NCBI RefSeq assembly: GCF_031769215.1
Contig: NW_026782534.1
Location: 310,001 to 374,000 of the forward strand
From: Ylistrum balloti
Lineage: Eukaryota
Direction: 5' to 3'
DNA: 64,000 nt
Each line of letters opens with the position of its first letter. The stretch's first letter is position 1. Made by a program: the position numbers and the translations under genes. Of the stretch, positions 10,991-31,169 are shown in pieces. The notes under the pieces were generated by a model, which saw only the letters and a list, made by a program, of their open reading frames with translations, searched no databases and was not told the origin of the DNA.

Positions 10991-12369
10991 GTCCATTTTT
11001 TGAATATTCAATAACCTAGCTTATTAATATTCAAAATATGATTAACGTATGTATACAGTGGGTGTAGAAGAGCGCGTATGTGTATTTTAATTTTGATAAT
11101 GATGATGAGGATTGATATTGAATCGATGATGGCATGTATAATTAATTTATAAAATGATGATATATTGATGTATCTAAGCGTGTATATTAATTACTGTATC
11201 TTGTGTAATATGTATGATTAGGTAAAAATCTTGCAAAAATGATATATATACATATATATAAAAAAAACTGTGTGGCGAGCCCTTTTTATATTCCGTAAGT
11301 ATAACATATATTATCCATATAATTTAGCAGTTCAGGCGAACAACCCCAACAGAAAAAAAAGTAAAAACTCTTTAATAAGCTCGATCATATGTTCAAAATG
11401 CCAACGATGACTTTATGTTGGAGTGATTTTCCGATATCTTACTGTGTATGTGCATTGTAATATGAGTGGAGTACTTATAAATGTAATGAACGACAACAGA
11501 AGGCCTACTGTACACACTCTGTTTTACAACAGGGAAATAAGGGTTTATTTGTGTAGGAATGAATTTGAATTTCCAAGCTGCTGAATACTAGGCATGAGTC
11601 CAAGAACTTATAACAAGCCGATTGTTGAAATGAAAAATTGTGATGAGTTTCTATCCAGAGACGTCTCTGTTTCGATCTAATATGAAATAGAAACGATTTT
11701 AAGATTCTATTTATCACTTATAAAGATATGATTTAGATACTATTGGAAAAGTTCATGAAAACTGGCAACTTGAAACATATTTTTGTTGTCTCTTGATAAC
11801 ATATACGACCACACTACCAGAATAGCTCCATGGATGTAGCGTCTGACACACTATGTATCCCAAAGAGGACAGCAACAACCTAATGCCAATTTTTTTGACA
11901 GTCACGTTACATACATTTTGTTATGCTTTCTCCGTGCATGATCACAGGAATAACGTGGCATTTCGCAATACCTTTACACCTCTGTACAAAGTCGTTACAT
12001 CCCGGCCATCACGTACTTTGGCCTATAGAGGATGTAACTTATGCAATTACATGGTCTATTTGTAACATTTCTATGAGCATCAATTAGACAGCGAGACGAG
12101 GGGGCTGAAATATTTCATTCCTGCACGTATATAGTGGACGTAAAACCCACTGAATACAACCCGTGTCAGGCCAACAGTTCACTTCAGTTCTTTTATTTCC
12201 TTGATCAAAAAGCACATCAGAGGGGAAGTACGATTACACATACATACAAAAATGTACAGATTGAGGGAGAAACAAACAGTTGAAAACTGGCTAATGATAT
12301 ACAATCAGACATTAGAACATTGTTATAAACTTACTTCAGAGATCATTAAAATGAAATTATCTTGAACTT

Positions 12370-13922
12370 TATGGCAAGCCGTTTTAACATTTAATCCTAT
12401 TTCCTCTTAAGATGAAGTGTGGAATAAATTTATTTCACTTAAGTGAAATTATTTTTGTCTTAAGGTAATTAAACATCTTTTCGCATTATGATTTATTTCA
12501 CTTAAGTGTAAAACTATTTCACTTAAGTGAAATAATTTTTATAAGTCTTAAGAGGTTTATTATTTCACTTAAGTTAAAATCGTTTTCACTTAAGTGAATT
12601 TAAACAAGCAGTGGGATGTATGAACACCTACCTTCTTCAACAGTTTTGGACTAATCCATTTTATTAACCAATCATTTGGTATTTTCTATCTGACCAATCA
12701 GATTCGCTTTCTCTGGTCGATTGCGTCGTTAGTACTAACAATATGGCGGCCACCATAAAACCTGTTGACATGTATTGATAAAAATTACTCATTTAGTTTT
12801 GCAAGTTTTTAATCAATATTTATATAAGCTATGGCATAAATTCGATTGCCCAATGTCTTTTGATAGTTGATTCATGGAGATTGGCTAATAACAAATTGGT
12901 TGTTCATATTAAGTCAGATATACCTTCAAATATTCCTCAATATTTTGATATCAAAGCAAGATTTTGCACAAGTATTTCACTATGATGATCACCAACATTA
13001 ATTTCAGATTAGTGGAAAAACATGTATGAATTTAGTTTTTTTCACTAACCGGAAAAACCACATTGTGGAAATAAAAAAGATTGGTAAGGGGAAGAAACTA
13101 TGGAAATAGATTTCTTTTATATAAGTTAAGGAAACACATAATGGAAATAAAAATCTTTTTCACTTAAGTGAAATAACACATAATGGAAATAAAAATCTTT
13201 TTCACTTAAGTGAAATAACACATAATGGAGATAAAAATCTTCTTCACTTAAGTGAAATAACACATAATATTTTTATTTTCACTTAAGTGAAATAACACAT
13301 AATATTTTTATTTTCACTTAAGTGAAATAACACATAATATTTTTATTTTCACTTAAGGGAAATGGATAGAAAAGTCAATTATTTATCATGTTATGACATT
13401 ACATGTGATACAGTTACCTAGGTATTTTATTTTGTTTTTAATGTTCTTTACAGTATTTTTGTTTGATTTGTCAGCTGTAAAACTCTGCTTATGTCTCCCG
13501 CCATCATTTAAAATAGCTTTCATTTCCGGTATGAAAACGAGGTACAAGGAAGTGGCTCTTCCCATTTTGAAATGGGGGTGGATAGCATACTGACTGTTTT
13601 ATTTACCTTAAGTGGAAAAAATATCCCTTAAGTGAATGTAATTTAGCATTATGTCAGCACATATCACTTTTTCACTTAAGTGAAATTCTTTTAAACTTAA
13701 GGGAAATAAACATTATTATGCATTATGATATATTTCACTTAAGTGAAAAAAAGAATCCCTTAAGTGATTTTCTCCCCCTTAAGTTGTATTAATAATTTGC
13801 ATTATGTTTCATTTCCCCTTAAGTGCAATTGTTTTTCACTTAAGTGAAAAAGAATTTCACTTAAGTGAAAAAACTATCCCCTTAAGAGGAAATAGGATTA
13901 AATGTTAAAACGGCTTGCCATA
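12370..13922. mobile_element. Non-autonomous TIR (foldback/MITE-like) element of 1553 bp with many internal 16-bp palindromes
   Basis: Perfect 42-bp inverted termini: TATGGCAAGCCGTTTTAACATTTAATCCTATTTCCTCTTAAG at 12370-12411 and its reverse complement at 13881-13922. Flanked by the direct repeat GAACTT (12364-12369 and 13923-13928). About 15-20 copies of TTTCACTTAAGTGAAA and variants. No transposase ORF. Confidence 0.88.
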
Positions 13923-14199
13923 GAACTTCTCAGTCAGTATTCCCGGAGAGCGGTTTTTGAAAAATGAAATGGAAATTATATCATTTTGGTTTTAATATTT
14001 CAAGTATTTCCCCTATCTTACTCATGATGCTACACATGTTTGTGATCTAGTTAATAGACAATAACGTCCGTGTGTTTGAATAAATATTCAAATGGGGCGA
14101 TAGGCGATTGAATTATGTCATACGATGTGGCTTATCTGACATACAACAGATTACAGCCCAGTCTTAACAAACAAGCGAGTAACGCAGGTTGTAGAGTGG

Positions 14200-15690
14200 T
14201 ATTAATAAACAAGGGGCCGAATGGGCCTGCAAGGCTCAACTTGTATATATATACCAGCCAAATACCATGTCTCTAGGTCTTTTAGTTCATGAGAAGAAGT
14301 CATTGAATATAAGTCAAGGTCATTTCTTTTCACAAGCTTTGTCGGGCTGCATCTTAGGAACATACCAAACGTTTTTGGACTTCCTCCTAGGAACATACCA
14401 GCCAAATATTATGCCTCTAGACTTCTTCGTCCAACAGAAGAAGCTGTTTAAATGCTGTAACAAATTTGATCCTTGTGACCTTGAATATAGGTCAAAGTCC
14501 TTTCTTTTCACCACTTTGTTGGGCTTCATCCTAGGCCAAATGTCAAAACATTTGATCCATTGGTTATTGAAAAGTTGTTGCAAGTAAAAAGTTGATGCCA
14601 GAGAATGCACCACCGCATTTTTGTATTGGCTATATAACCATGATCATAATACAATTGTAAGGGCTAAATAAAATTAAGGTAAAGTTTGATTACAGATCTC
14701 ACGACATATACATGCATACTTTCCTAGCTTTCTTCACCCTGAATCCAGATTGTTTGCTAGCCCCAACAGTGTATCTTCATCTGAACCTACAGATAGATTG
14801 AATATTTCATTTGTGTATCACTAAGACTGTTGAATTCAATTTGGTTGTTATGTCTTTAGCAAACGTTTAGGGTCTCATATAGCACTTAATCCGAAACAAG
14901 TGGGCCATGGCCCTTAACAGTCATCTGACATTGAAGGAATGAATGGATAAACCACTGAATACACTGATGGTGGTCAGACAAATCTGATGAATTCAAATTT
15001 TGAACATTCCTTGTAAGTATCAGAAACTCATAAATGGTTGGTTCTGTGCAAGAAAAAAAATTGCACCATCATGTTACAAAACAAAAGGCACAATAGGCCT
15101 GCAGTGCTCACCTGGTATACATAAACCAGCCAAATATCATGCCTCTAGGCCTTTTAGTTCATGAGTAGAAGCTGTATAAAGGTTTTAACAAATTTGACCC
15201 CTGTAAACTTGAATATAAGTCGGGTTCATTTCTTTTGGCAGACTTCATCCTAGGAACATACTAGCCAAATATCATGCCTCTAGGCCTATGAGTTCATGAG
15301 AAGAAGTTGTTTAAAGGTTTTAACAAATTTGACCCCTGTGACTTTGATTCTAAGTCAAAATAATTTCCTTTCGCAAACTTTCAAACTTTGTTGGGCTTCA
15401 TCCTAGGAACATACCAGCCAAATATCTTGCCTCTAGGCCTATGAGTTCATGAGAGAGTTGTTTAAAGGTTTTAACAAATCTGACCTCTGTGACCTTGAAT
15501 ATATGCCAAGGTCATTTTCTTTTGCAAACTTTGTCAGACTTCATATTAGGAACATAACATCCAAACATCAAAACATCTGCTTAATTGGTTATTGAGAAGT
15601 TGTTTGAATGAAAAAGTTGACGCTGGTCACCAGACGCTGCACCACAGCATAAGCTCACTTGGCCCTTCAGACCAGGTGAGCTAACAACGG
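14200..15690 (+). mobile_element. Composite non-autonomous Helitron/Helentron-like interspersed repeat(s) with internal degenerate tandem units
   Basis: Starts AAACAAGGGGCCGAATGGGCCTG. Repeated ACCAGCCAAATATCATGCCTCTAGG...TTTGACCC/TGACCTTGAA units. Ends in the hairpin AGCTCACTTGG-CCCTTCAGA-CCAGGTGAGCT (about 15652-15682). The superfamily is inferred from architecture only. Confidence 0.5.
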
Positions 15691-16149
15691 TGAATTGGAT
15701 TTAGCCCCCATCCCACGAAAATTGATCTTCATATAATTGAGCTATCACCATTATACAGGTACTGATGTTCAGGTTACTGATGTAAAATACATAGATGCAT
15801 GTGTATATGTTGGTGAAGTAACCACTGTGGAGTACACTGACAAGATACAAGTACATTTACATACGTGTACAAGTAACAACAGGTATAGAGAACAACTAAT
15901 CTTGTGTACAATAAACTAATGTAATCAGCATTTGTAAAAACTACTCTTGTGGAGTTCATTTATACAAATGCAAAAGTAAATGTTGTAGACTACAGTTATA
16001 TACGTGTACAAGTTGCTGCTGTTTAGTACCTTACAAACACAAAGAAGACACTATTGTGGAGTATATTCAAATACATATACAGGTGACTATTGTAGAATAT
16101 ATTTATATACATGTTCAAGTATTGTGGAGTACATTTAAACACATGTATA

Positions 16150-16570
16150 AGTAACTATTGTAGAATACATTTATACATTTGTACAAGTAACTATTGTAGA
16201 ATACATTTGTACAAGTAACTGATGTGGAAAAAATTTGTAGTGTAAAAGGTATTGTCAAGGTGAATGTTTATACGGGTGTAGTAGTAACTGTTGTAGAATA
16301 CATTTATACATGTGTACAAGTAACTATTGTAGAATACATTTGTACAAGTAACTGATGTGGAGAAAATTTGTAGTGTAAAAGGTATTGTCAAGGAGAATGT
16401 TTATACGGGTGTAGTAGTAACTGTTGTAGAATACATTTATACACGTGTACAAGTAACTATTGTAGAATACATTTGTACAAGTAACTGATGTGGAGAAAAT
16501 TTGTAGTGTAAAAGGTATTGTCAAGGAGAATGTTTATACGGGTGTAGTCGTAACTGTTGTAGAATATACT
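16150..16570. repeat. About 133-bp unit repeated about 3 times, built from shorter TACAAGTAACTATTGTAGAATACATTT subunits
   Basis: The near-identical ORFs at 16191 and 16324 are 133 bp apart. Degenerate subunits extend left to about 15800. Confidence 0.85.
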
Positions 16571-18219
16571 TATACTGATTCATATAATTATGTACTATTT
16601 TACGCAATAGTTTTAACAACAGAATTTATTGTAACATTATCCATGCTTCACAAAACACAAAGAATTAAAGACAATGTACATCATTTATTAAAGAGGCCTT
16701 AACATGAAACTGAGAGAAAAAATCAAAGATTTACAATTTTGTAGTAATTACACACCATTTTACATGTCATCAGCTTGTACTTTGTAGCCTGTCTCATGAA
16801 CAGATGCTTACAACATCCTTCTATACCAAAATGGTTGATGTTTAACTGTGCTTAAAAAGTGACAATATTTTCCTCATTAACCTTCAGATGTCGTCAAAAA
16901 AACCTGCCCAAATATGAACTATTTTTGCTATTTGAATTTCCAAGTACATATAATATAGTATCACATCATCTGTACCTGTTGGACAATATGATTACAAACA
17001 ACATTTTCTTTAGTATAGTGTATGTAAACTTTGACAAAAAAAGTTATTCTGAAGGAAAATAACAAAAACAAAAAATCATCACACTTTTGGTAACCATGAA
17101 TATAGTGCTGGATACAATTTTATGGTTTTACAAATGTTACAGTACAGAAAAACATCCTTTCCTTGTGATGATTAGTCATCACGTTTAGAAGTCTCATTGT
17201 TTATCTAAACAAAAAACGAAGACAACAAGAGTAATGTAGACAAGGATATCTCTACTTCTGGGTGATCAGAATGAGAGAATCAGTTTATCAAGTTGATAGA
17301 AATTCAGAATACCATTGACCTGTATAAGCAGGTTGTTTTATTTCCAAGTAAAGCTGAGACATAAGTATACAGATATTACAATTGGCAGGCATCACCATAG
17401 GAACCTTATAGGCGTTCTTGGTCAGTACTCAAGGTTATTGTTGACAATTATAAGATGTTTGATAAAAAACCTTACATGTCTCTGGTAATTTGGAAAACAT
17501 TGTAGGCACAGCAGTGTTATCTAATCCTAATACAAACAACTGAATAGGGTATAAATAGCTACTGAATTCAAGATCATTCCTGACAGTGAATGGTTTTGGT
17601 CAAACGATTGGACAAGGAATAAATTACTACTGAATTCAAGATCAATTTTCCAACAGGTAGCTTATTTTCACCATGCAACAAGTGTACTAAATATGTTTAA
17701 AAAAAATATGCCCATTGAGGATGCTAAAAAGGTTTTCATTACAAGAGAAGTTGCTTAAGCTCTGGCGGTAGGGTCTCTATCATTTTATTCTGGAAAACAA
17801 GAGTACTTTTATCACCTGTGGTACCTTTTCTGTAGCAGTTTGAAAAATTCTTAAAAACACTGTTGTGACGACAAGAATTATTTCATTACAATGCCTATAA
17901 GGTGCGATTATTTCAAGTTTTCATTTCCAACTTCAAGAACAAGGGGCTTTAATTATCATTGGAGTTCTACAAAGCTGTCATTTATATAAACTTTATTTAT
18001 TTTGCAACAATTGCAAAACAAGCTATCAGCTTATATTGACAACTCTAGTTGGCCCAGCTGGAAGCCTGTGCTGTCATTTCTGTTGTTGTAACATATACCA
18101 TAGAAAGCATCTTTGTTACGATAACTTTAGCTACATGTAATGAAGGTAACTTTAAACTTCCATCCCATTATCATAACTTATCTTGAGTAATAAGCTTGAA
18201 AAATTTCCTGTTTGAACTC

Positions 18220-18830
18220 CCTATCCAAGGGAAATGCCATACTTTGGGATAATGAAATTCACAATTTTGGTAAACAACTTTAGACCCTTCCATCCTTGGA
18301 TATTATTTGAAGTATCCTATCTTGAACTTCTGGAGATTTTTAAAATTTGAGTCATTTTGGCCTCTTTTGGCCCCATCTATCAGCTCTTGTGGGGTTACCC
18401 AGGGTCAACATGTGCAGACTTACAAACGGTCATCATAATCCTAACCAAGTTTGCATTACTTCCAACTGAATTTAAACCATGCACAATTAAATTTTATCCC
18501 ATCCCAATGGAGTAATGCGAGACATTTGGGTCATGAAATTTAGTTTTGATACCTTCCATTATGAAGAAACTTTAATTCTATGATATTTGGGTCTTCAGAA
18601 GCATACATTTGAACTTTTAGTCAATATCTCCCCTTTTACCATGCCTCTTGGGATGAGGACCATATAATTAACATTTTTTCACCTTTGGCCACTGAAGGCT
18701 TTTGCCAAATTGCATTGAAATTGGCTCTGGGGTTTAGGAGAAGTTAAAAATGTCACTTGTTAATGGACACATGACTTCAGACTTTGTCTCCAGTAGCCTG
18801 AAAAATATTACCTGACCTTTGACATTGAAT
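18220..18830. mobile_element. Decayed interspersed repeat of the same family as the copies at about 21830-22290 and 49990-50375
   Basis: Shared motifs GAAATTCACAATTTTG, TTTGAGTCA and TTTTGGCCC. The 50346-50378 copy ends in the hairpin TAGGTCACC-ATGAGACTTT-GGTGACCTA. Confidence 0.4.
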
Positions 18831-20494
18831 ATTAAGAAGTAATGTTTCATGTCATGAGTGGTCAGGTGGCGGTGCAGTGTTAATTATCTCGCCTTTTGCC
18901 AAGGTGATTGGCATTTGATTCTTTGGTCTGATGTGAAAAGGTAAAATGTCTTATGCCCGACCATGTCGGTTTTATCCAAGGTATTGCAGTTTCCTCCCGC
19001 AATGAGAACCCTAATGCTTCAACCAAGGTCAGCATGGAATTATCACTTAACCTTCCATCTTTAAACATTAAAATTTCATTTACTTTTCATCAATTACGAA
19101 GCAAATTATTTTTTCAATTGATGCTAATCAGTCCTAATCCTATTTTCACAATCGTTGAAAATAAAACAAATTTTATTGTATTTCTCTCATGGAAAGATAT
19201 GAGAATTATTAACTCTGATTTCAAAAACTTGACAAATGAAAACAATTGTTCTTCTATAATTCTATAATGCTAACTGTGAGAAAATGAATTAGATTATACA
19301 TTAATAGTAGATTGAAATTGAAGTCACTGTTGTTCTCTAACCAACAGTTCTGACCTAAGTATGGCTTCTCTCATCAATACATGAAAAACCTAGTATGCTG
19401 GTCATAAGAAAACTTAATTATAGTGATGTGTTGATACTATTGTGAAAAAGAGAGAAAATTCAACTCTGTTCCAGTTAATGACTTTACTTCAAACAAGACA
19501 ATATACATTTTCACTTGGAGAATAAAGTGTTCTGGAATGCTGAATGCATAACAACCATAAAATTGGGATATTTTGGATCTAGTTGCTTTCTTATTTATTT
19601 GGTGTCTGGCTTTAAAGTATAGAAATTAAACACATGTCAAATTAGCTCTTTACACCAATATATATTTTGCCTAACACTTGTCAGGACTTCCAAACAGAAT
19701 TAAACTTGCACATAATTGAGTTAAGGATTCAGTAAACTAATGACAAAATAGAGTACTAAAATTAGCATAAGGTTGAGGAAAATGCAACATTTAGACAAAA
19801 ATAAAACCATTCCACTTCTCAAATTTTCCCAAAACCAGAATATCCCAACTTACTGTTTATCAGAATAAAATGTTTAACATGTGTACAAAGTAATGCAGCC
19901 AGCAAAATATAACAGATCTCACAGATCTCCTAAACAAAGCATGTACATATATATATAAATATCTTCTTCTATAATTTTTTTCATATAAAACTGATATTAG
20001 CTACGCCATATAATGATATTCAGAGACGACCTGATAATCAATCAAATTTGTCCCTGATAACTAGAATAGTATTTTTCCTTCTTAGTCTATTTCTGATTAA
20101 TTTATTATCATCAATGTCACCATTGTTGAAAGTGTTTAAATCCTTAAGATCTGTATACAGAATGTATACTGCTTATCAAACTCTGTCAATGGCTTCCTCA
20201 CTTTACTGCCAATAAGCCAATATATAGAGTTTAAACCTTTCATCACAACTATACCATTCTGTATTTCACCAATCATAAAATTTTGTACAAAAAACAAATT
20301 TTGAAACAAAACTTTATGATTTTATCACAGACTTTTCTTCCATACTTTAATAAACATCCTTTAAATTCAGAGAAGCCACAATCATATGTAGAGATTAGGC
20401 AGGAGCCTGTTTGTGCTGCAGTGTTGGCTTGTCACAGGACCAAATCCTTTCAATGTGACCAAACAAAAAAAAAAAAAAATTTACAGTCCACTCT

Positions 20495-26805
<6,311 letters not shown>

Positions 26806-28959
26806 TGCTTAAAACGTTTTATCTATTTTTTGAAGTACGCCAATAGTTCAATCAAATTCACAAATGGGAATACCCTTCCAGTCCATCACGACATTTCGCT
26901 CACTTCTGGTTGAATTGTGACGTATATCCTGTTCTTCTAAATGCAGGCGTTTACTAAAGATCTGTTTCTCCACGCGAAAATTGTCGTATGCTGGTTGACA
27001 TAAAACCACTTAAATAAACAAATTACCAAGCATACAATCACAAGTCTGACCTAAATCGATGTTTTCATTTAGAGAACAAATAAGTATATGCCTGTATCTC
27101 AATATTTTACAATTTGTTTAAAAACACTATGATGACTGCGTATCGATGAGCACGGAACTATGACTGAATCAACACGTTCAAATTATTATTGTACTTCATA
27201 AAATCTAATTAATTTCAAAGTAGGGGGGAAATAATCGTAGGATTTTAAAACTAGAATCCCTAATAGGAAGATTAAATGTTTTCTATTCTGATTTCATCAT
27301 ATTTTCTGTTTTTAGTATGTCCCTTTCTATTTCCATGTTTTCAGACGACCTAGATACAGTGGGGTGAGTTTAGGCCTTTTAAATAACATTTCGGCCTAAT
27401 GGTTCGGCTATATTTAGAGTACACAAATTACCTACTCCATTTCGCAGAATTGCATCAGTTTCAATAATAATTGGAGTACATAAACCGATAAACTTCTTAT
27501 CACAGCTAAAAATAGTTTCCATTAAAATCACAAATTATAAATAGTGAATATTAATGGTAAATTTATGTTTTTACTTAGAACTAATTGCAGCAAAATGTAT
27601 ATATCGCCTGGATATCGGTTCCAGACCGTTATGTATTTCGGAACATCCAGAAAGAAAAAAAAAATGTGATTTAAACTATTCACCAGAAAATATTAGTAAA
27701 TATTTCATTAGCAAATTTGTTTATTTTTTTCTTTATTCAAAATTTCACGTGAAAAACATCCTACCACAAATGATGAAATAACCGATCAATCCATCCTTGG
27801 ATGTCAATATTTTGTTGTCTCTCATGTGAATAAAAATCTACCAAGAATGATAGGCCACGCCTTCGTGTAAATTATTACTTATGATTACTCATTTCTTATT
27901 TTAATTAGATAACGAATTGTAGACCAACCAAAGAAAAATGGACATTATTTAAATAGTTTGTGTTTTAAATAAGAAGTTTGGCGAGAAATATGTTGGATTC
28001 ATTTGAAAAACATAAGGCAACATAAGGAAAAAAAATTAAAACTGAATCTAACCCATCAGAAAAGATACACAAATCAACACAGATATTTCAGGTAAAAATA
28101 CTTGTTTTTTCTGATCAGTTTCTAAAAATTTTTTCTAGTATTTGTTTGGTGGCAATTAATTTGACATAGCATAGCTAGTGAAAAATGGTTGTTTAGGGGT
28201 AAGAAACTAAAGCACAAAGGATATATATATATATTGAATTTGATATATGATTCTAACACTAAAAAGGTTACCAAAAATTAACAATGTGGAAATGCTTTTT
28301 TTTCTCTCCACAAAGTGATGACTAGGAATCAAAGTTGGAATATCTACCACCTGTTTAACACTTCAAATATATAATTATAAGCTATTATAGTTCTTATATC
28401 AATCATCGTAAAATATGGATAAGCCAATATCTTTAATAGGACTGTTATACAAACAAAATATCACATCTTGAATAATGCTATACAGCATTCCTGTTTTGAA
28501 TGTATTAATCTTTTTATGCCCTGTGTGTTTGTAAACAATTGTTGTTATTGCTTATTCTTGAAAAGTACATGATGGATCTTTCTCAAATTTGATCTGTAGA
28601 CCAAAAAAACAAAATGAACGATAGGTGGCTATATTGGATTTTGACAAGGAACATTTTTATTGTACAATGTATCTCTCAAATTTAAACATAGCTTCCACTT
28701 GGTCCCTAGTTGTGCTTGTTTGATTTTGGGACTGATCTGAAAACCAATATGACTGACAGGCAGTCATCTTGGACTTTGTGTTTCTGAAAAAATACTGGGT
28801 CGATCTTTATTAAATTTCATTTGTAGATTTCCCTTGGTGCTTGGTTGTGCCTGTGTCATTCTGGGACTGGTCAGAAAAAATGGCTGACAACTATCTTGGA
28901 TTTTGACTTTGAAATTAAGTAGAAGACATTTAGGCCTGTTATTGTTAAAAAGAGAAATT

Positions 28960-29800
28960 GTATTTATTTATAAAGTCTTCAATGGGCCATCCTCGGTGAC
29001 TCAAAAGCCTTGTATATATTGTTGTCATGAGGAGGAAAGTATAGCGAACAAATTGAGTGTTCTAAGTAGTGTAAAAGTTACAGCTTTCAGAGTTATATCT
29101 CATTTGATGCTTATATGATGGTTTGGTTTCCTTACAAGCACTGCTGAGCCACCAACCGGACGATCAGCTGTTGGTGGGACGTTATAGTACATATCATAAT
29201 TTCTTAACTGGGTGGGATCTTTCATCATGATGTCTTACAAACAGAAGACTGATAGGTTCAACGACTTATAGAAAAGTTGAAATTCCTCAATATTGGCTTT
29301 GAATCCACAAACGTTACATTGGTTTAATTAACTATTTGAATATTTGTGTTATTTGGCATTAGTATTGCTCCGCTCAATATTTGGGATTACAGGACTACAA
29401 GGTTGCGGCAGTGTGGTCTCCATATCTGAACCATCCTCATGATTCAATAGAATGTTATATCTGTTGAAATCCTTGATGGGGTCTTCAGATCCTTTCCCAA
29501 GGTTGACATTCAAAAGCTGGTTTACAATTGGTAAACCACTTGAGACTCTTCCTCAGCTGTTCTGTGGGCTATTTTGTTTTGTTTCTGTGGGGACTTTGTA
29601 TTGGTTAGGTTGGATGTGTGTATTGAAGTCTGGGATTGCATACTCTGATGTTGTTTTGATAGTTTTGACCTATTCAGGGAAATGCGTTTCAATTGTACAT
29701 TGGGTTATGACTGCTTTGGAGATGTGACAGATTTTTTGGATGTTGTTTGGTTATTGTGAAATCCCTTTTCTGTAGGAATGATTTGAATGCTAGGCTGTAG
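28960..29800 (-). pseudogene. Decayed non-LTR retrotransposon fragment (end of ORF1 and AP-endonuclease start of ORF2)
   Basis: The minus-strand translation CNVCGFKANIEEFQLF...SVFCL*DI...LRNYDMYY...DRPVGGSAVLVRK...I*DITLKAVTFTL matches the WNCRG / CLQET / GGxAILV pattern of LINE APE endonucleases. The upstream DPIKDFNRYNILL is ORF1-like. Many stops and frameshifts. Confidence 0.7.
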
Positions 29801-31169
29801 TGGAATCAATTTTGTATTTGCAGTCTTGTCCTCTGGGTAATAGGTGTGGGACCCAGTAGGTGAAATAAAGCAAATTCTTTTAAGTCTACTTCTCTAGGAA
29901 TGCCAGCTGAGGTGGAAAAGTTGAAAGCAATTAGGAAAAATAGAGCAAATTCTTAAAAGACAAATAATTCTTCTGTGGAAATGCATGGATTCTGTCTCAT
30001 TTTAGTCTGAAATATACATGCATGAAGATAAATCAATTTTGTATACACAGTGGGTGTTGGTTTCTGGATGGGAGAGATGTGGCCTCAATATAGAAAATAG
30101 AGCAAGTTATTTAAAATCCTTGTTTTCCTGTAGGAATTGCAGGATTTTATCCCAATTTGGTCTGAAGTAAGAATGATTTGTTTGGTCTGAAGTAAGAATG
30201 ATTTGACTGACCCCCTGGAGGCCAGAGGGTTAGGACCCAATTGATAAATAGATATGGTGCTTGTTGTGTACTTGGATATTTAGAATACATTTTCCCTTTA
30301 GTTTCAATGAAGCAATTTCAGCCAAAGCTAGGTGAGTGATACAGGCACCCTAAGATGGAAAGACATGATAGGGAAGTTAAAATTGAGAGAATCAGGAGAG
30401 TTGGTATGCATTTAACTATAGAAGAAGTGTGAAATTTCAATTTCCCAATTTTGGATTTTTCTTTTCTTTATGGTAACCACTGTTTCCTCAGTGAATTTGA
30501 GAATAATCCCTCTGGTAGTTTTTGGGCAAATAGCTACAACAACTTCTAAATGTCCCAATCCAGGATGGCTGCCTTACTGTTATTTTATTGTAAGAAGTAT
30601 GAACATTAGATCAGGTAAAGTATGATACAAAATCTTAACAGATACAACTTGTCAGTTTTGAGAACAATTGTTTAAAGACAGGACAGTACCTAGAAAAAAG
30701 AATATCAAATTAATTACCCACCAACGAATGATGGTGGACCAAACAGATAACACAAGGTCAGAGTTTAATTTAAGTATTAACTTAATTATTTTAATTACAA
30801 AGCTGTTGATAATAAATATAGATTATAAGCAATTGAGTTTAATACAATAATGTAATCAATAATAAGTTAAACAATTTACAACAAATTAAGATAATCAACA
30901 AAAATCCTGTAATTTTCTCTGGACGGAATGTACATAGGTATAGCTGACAAGTTTACAGACACAAACTTAATTCAGTAAACATGATTAATTCTAGTGAAGA
31001 AGAGCCATCTATCAATGGTGTTTCACACACCTACTCAGACATGTCTTAGCATAAAAACAATTTCATAACTTTAAAGAATATATTGGCATGGTTTTGCCAT
31101 GTATTACATGCAGCTATATAAGCATATTCTTACCCTTTCCCAAATTCCTTTGGTCCTGACAATTTTCCT

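Noticed and set aside
11800-12180. Possible SINE or tRNA-derived element
   Set aside because: No recognisable A/B boxes, cloverleaf or TSD by eye.
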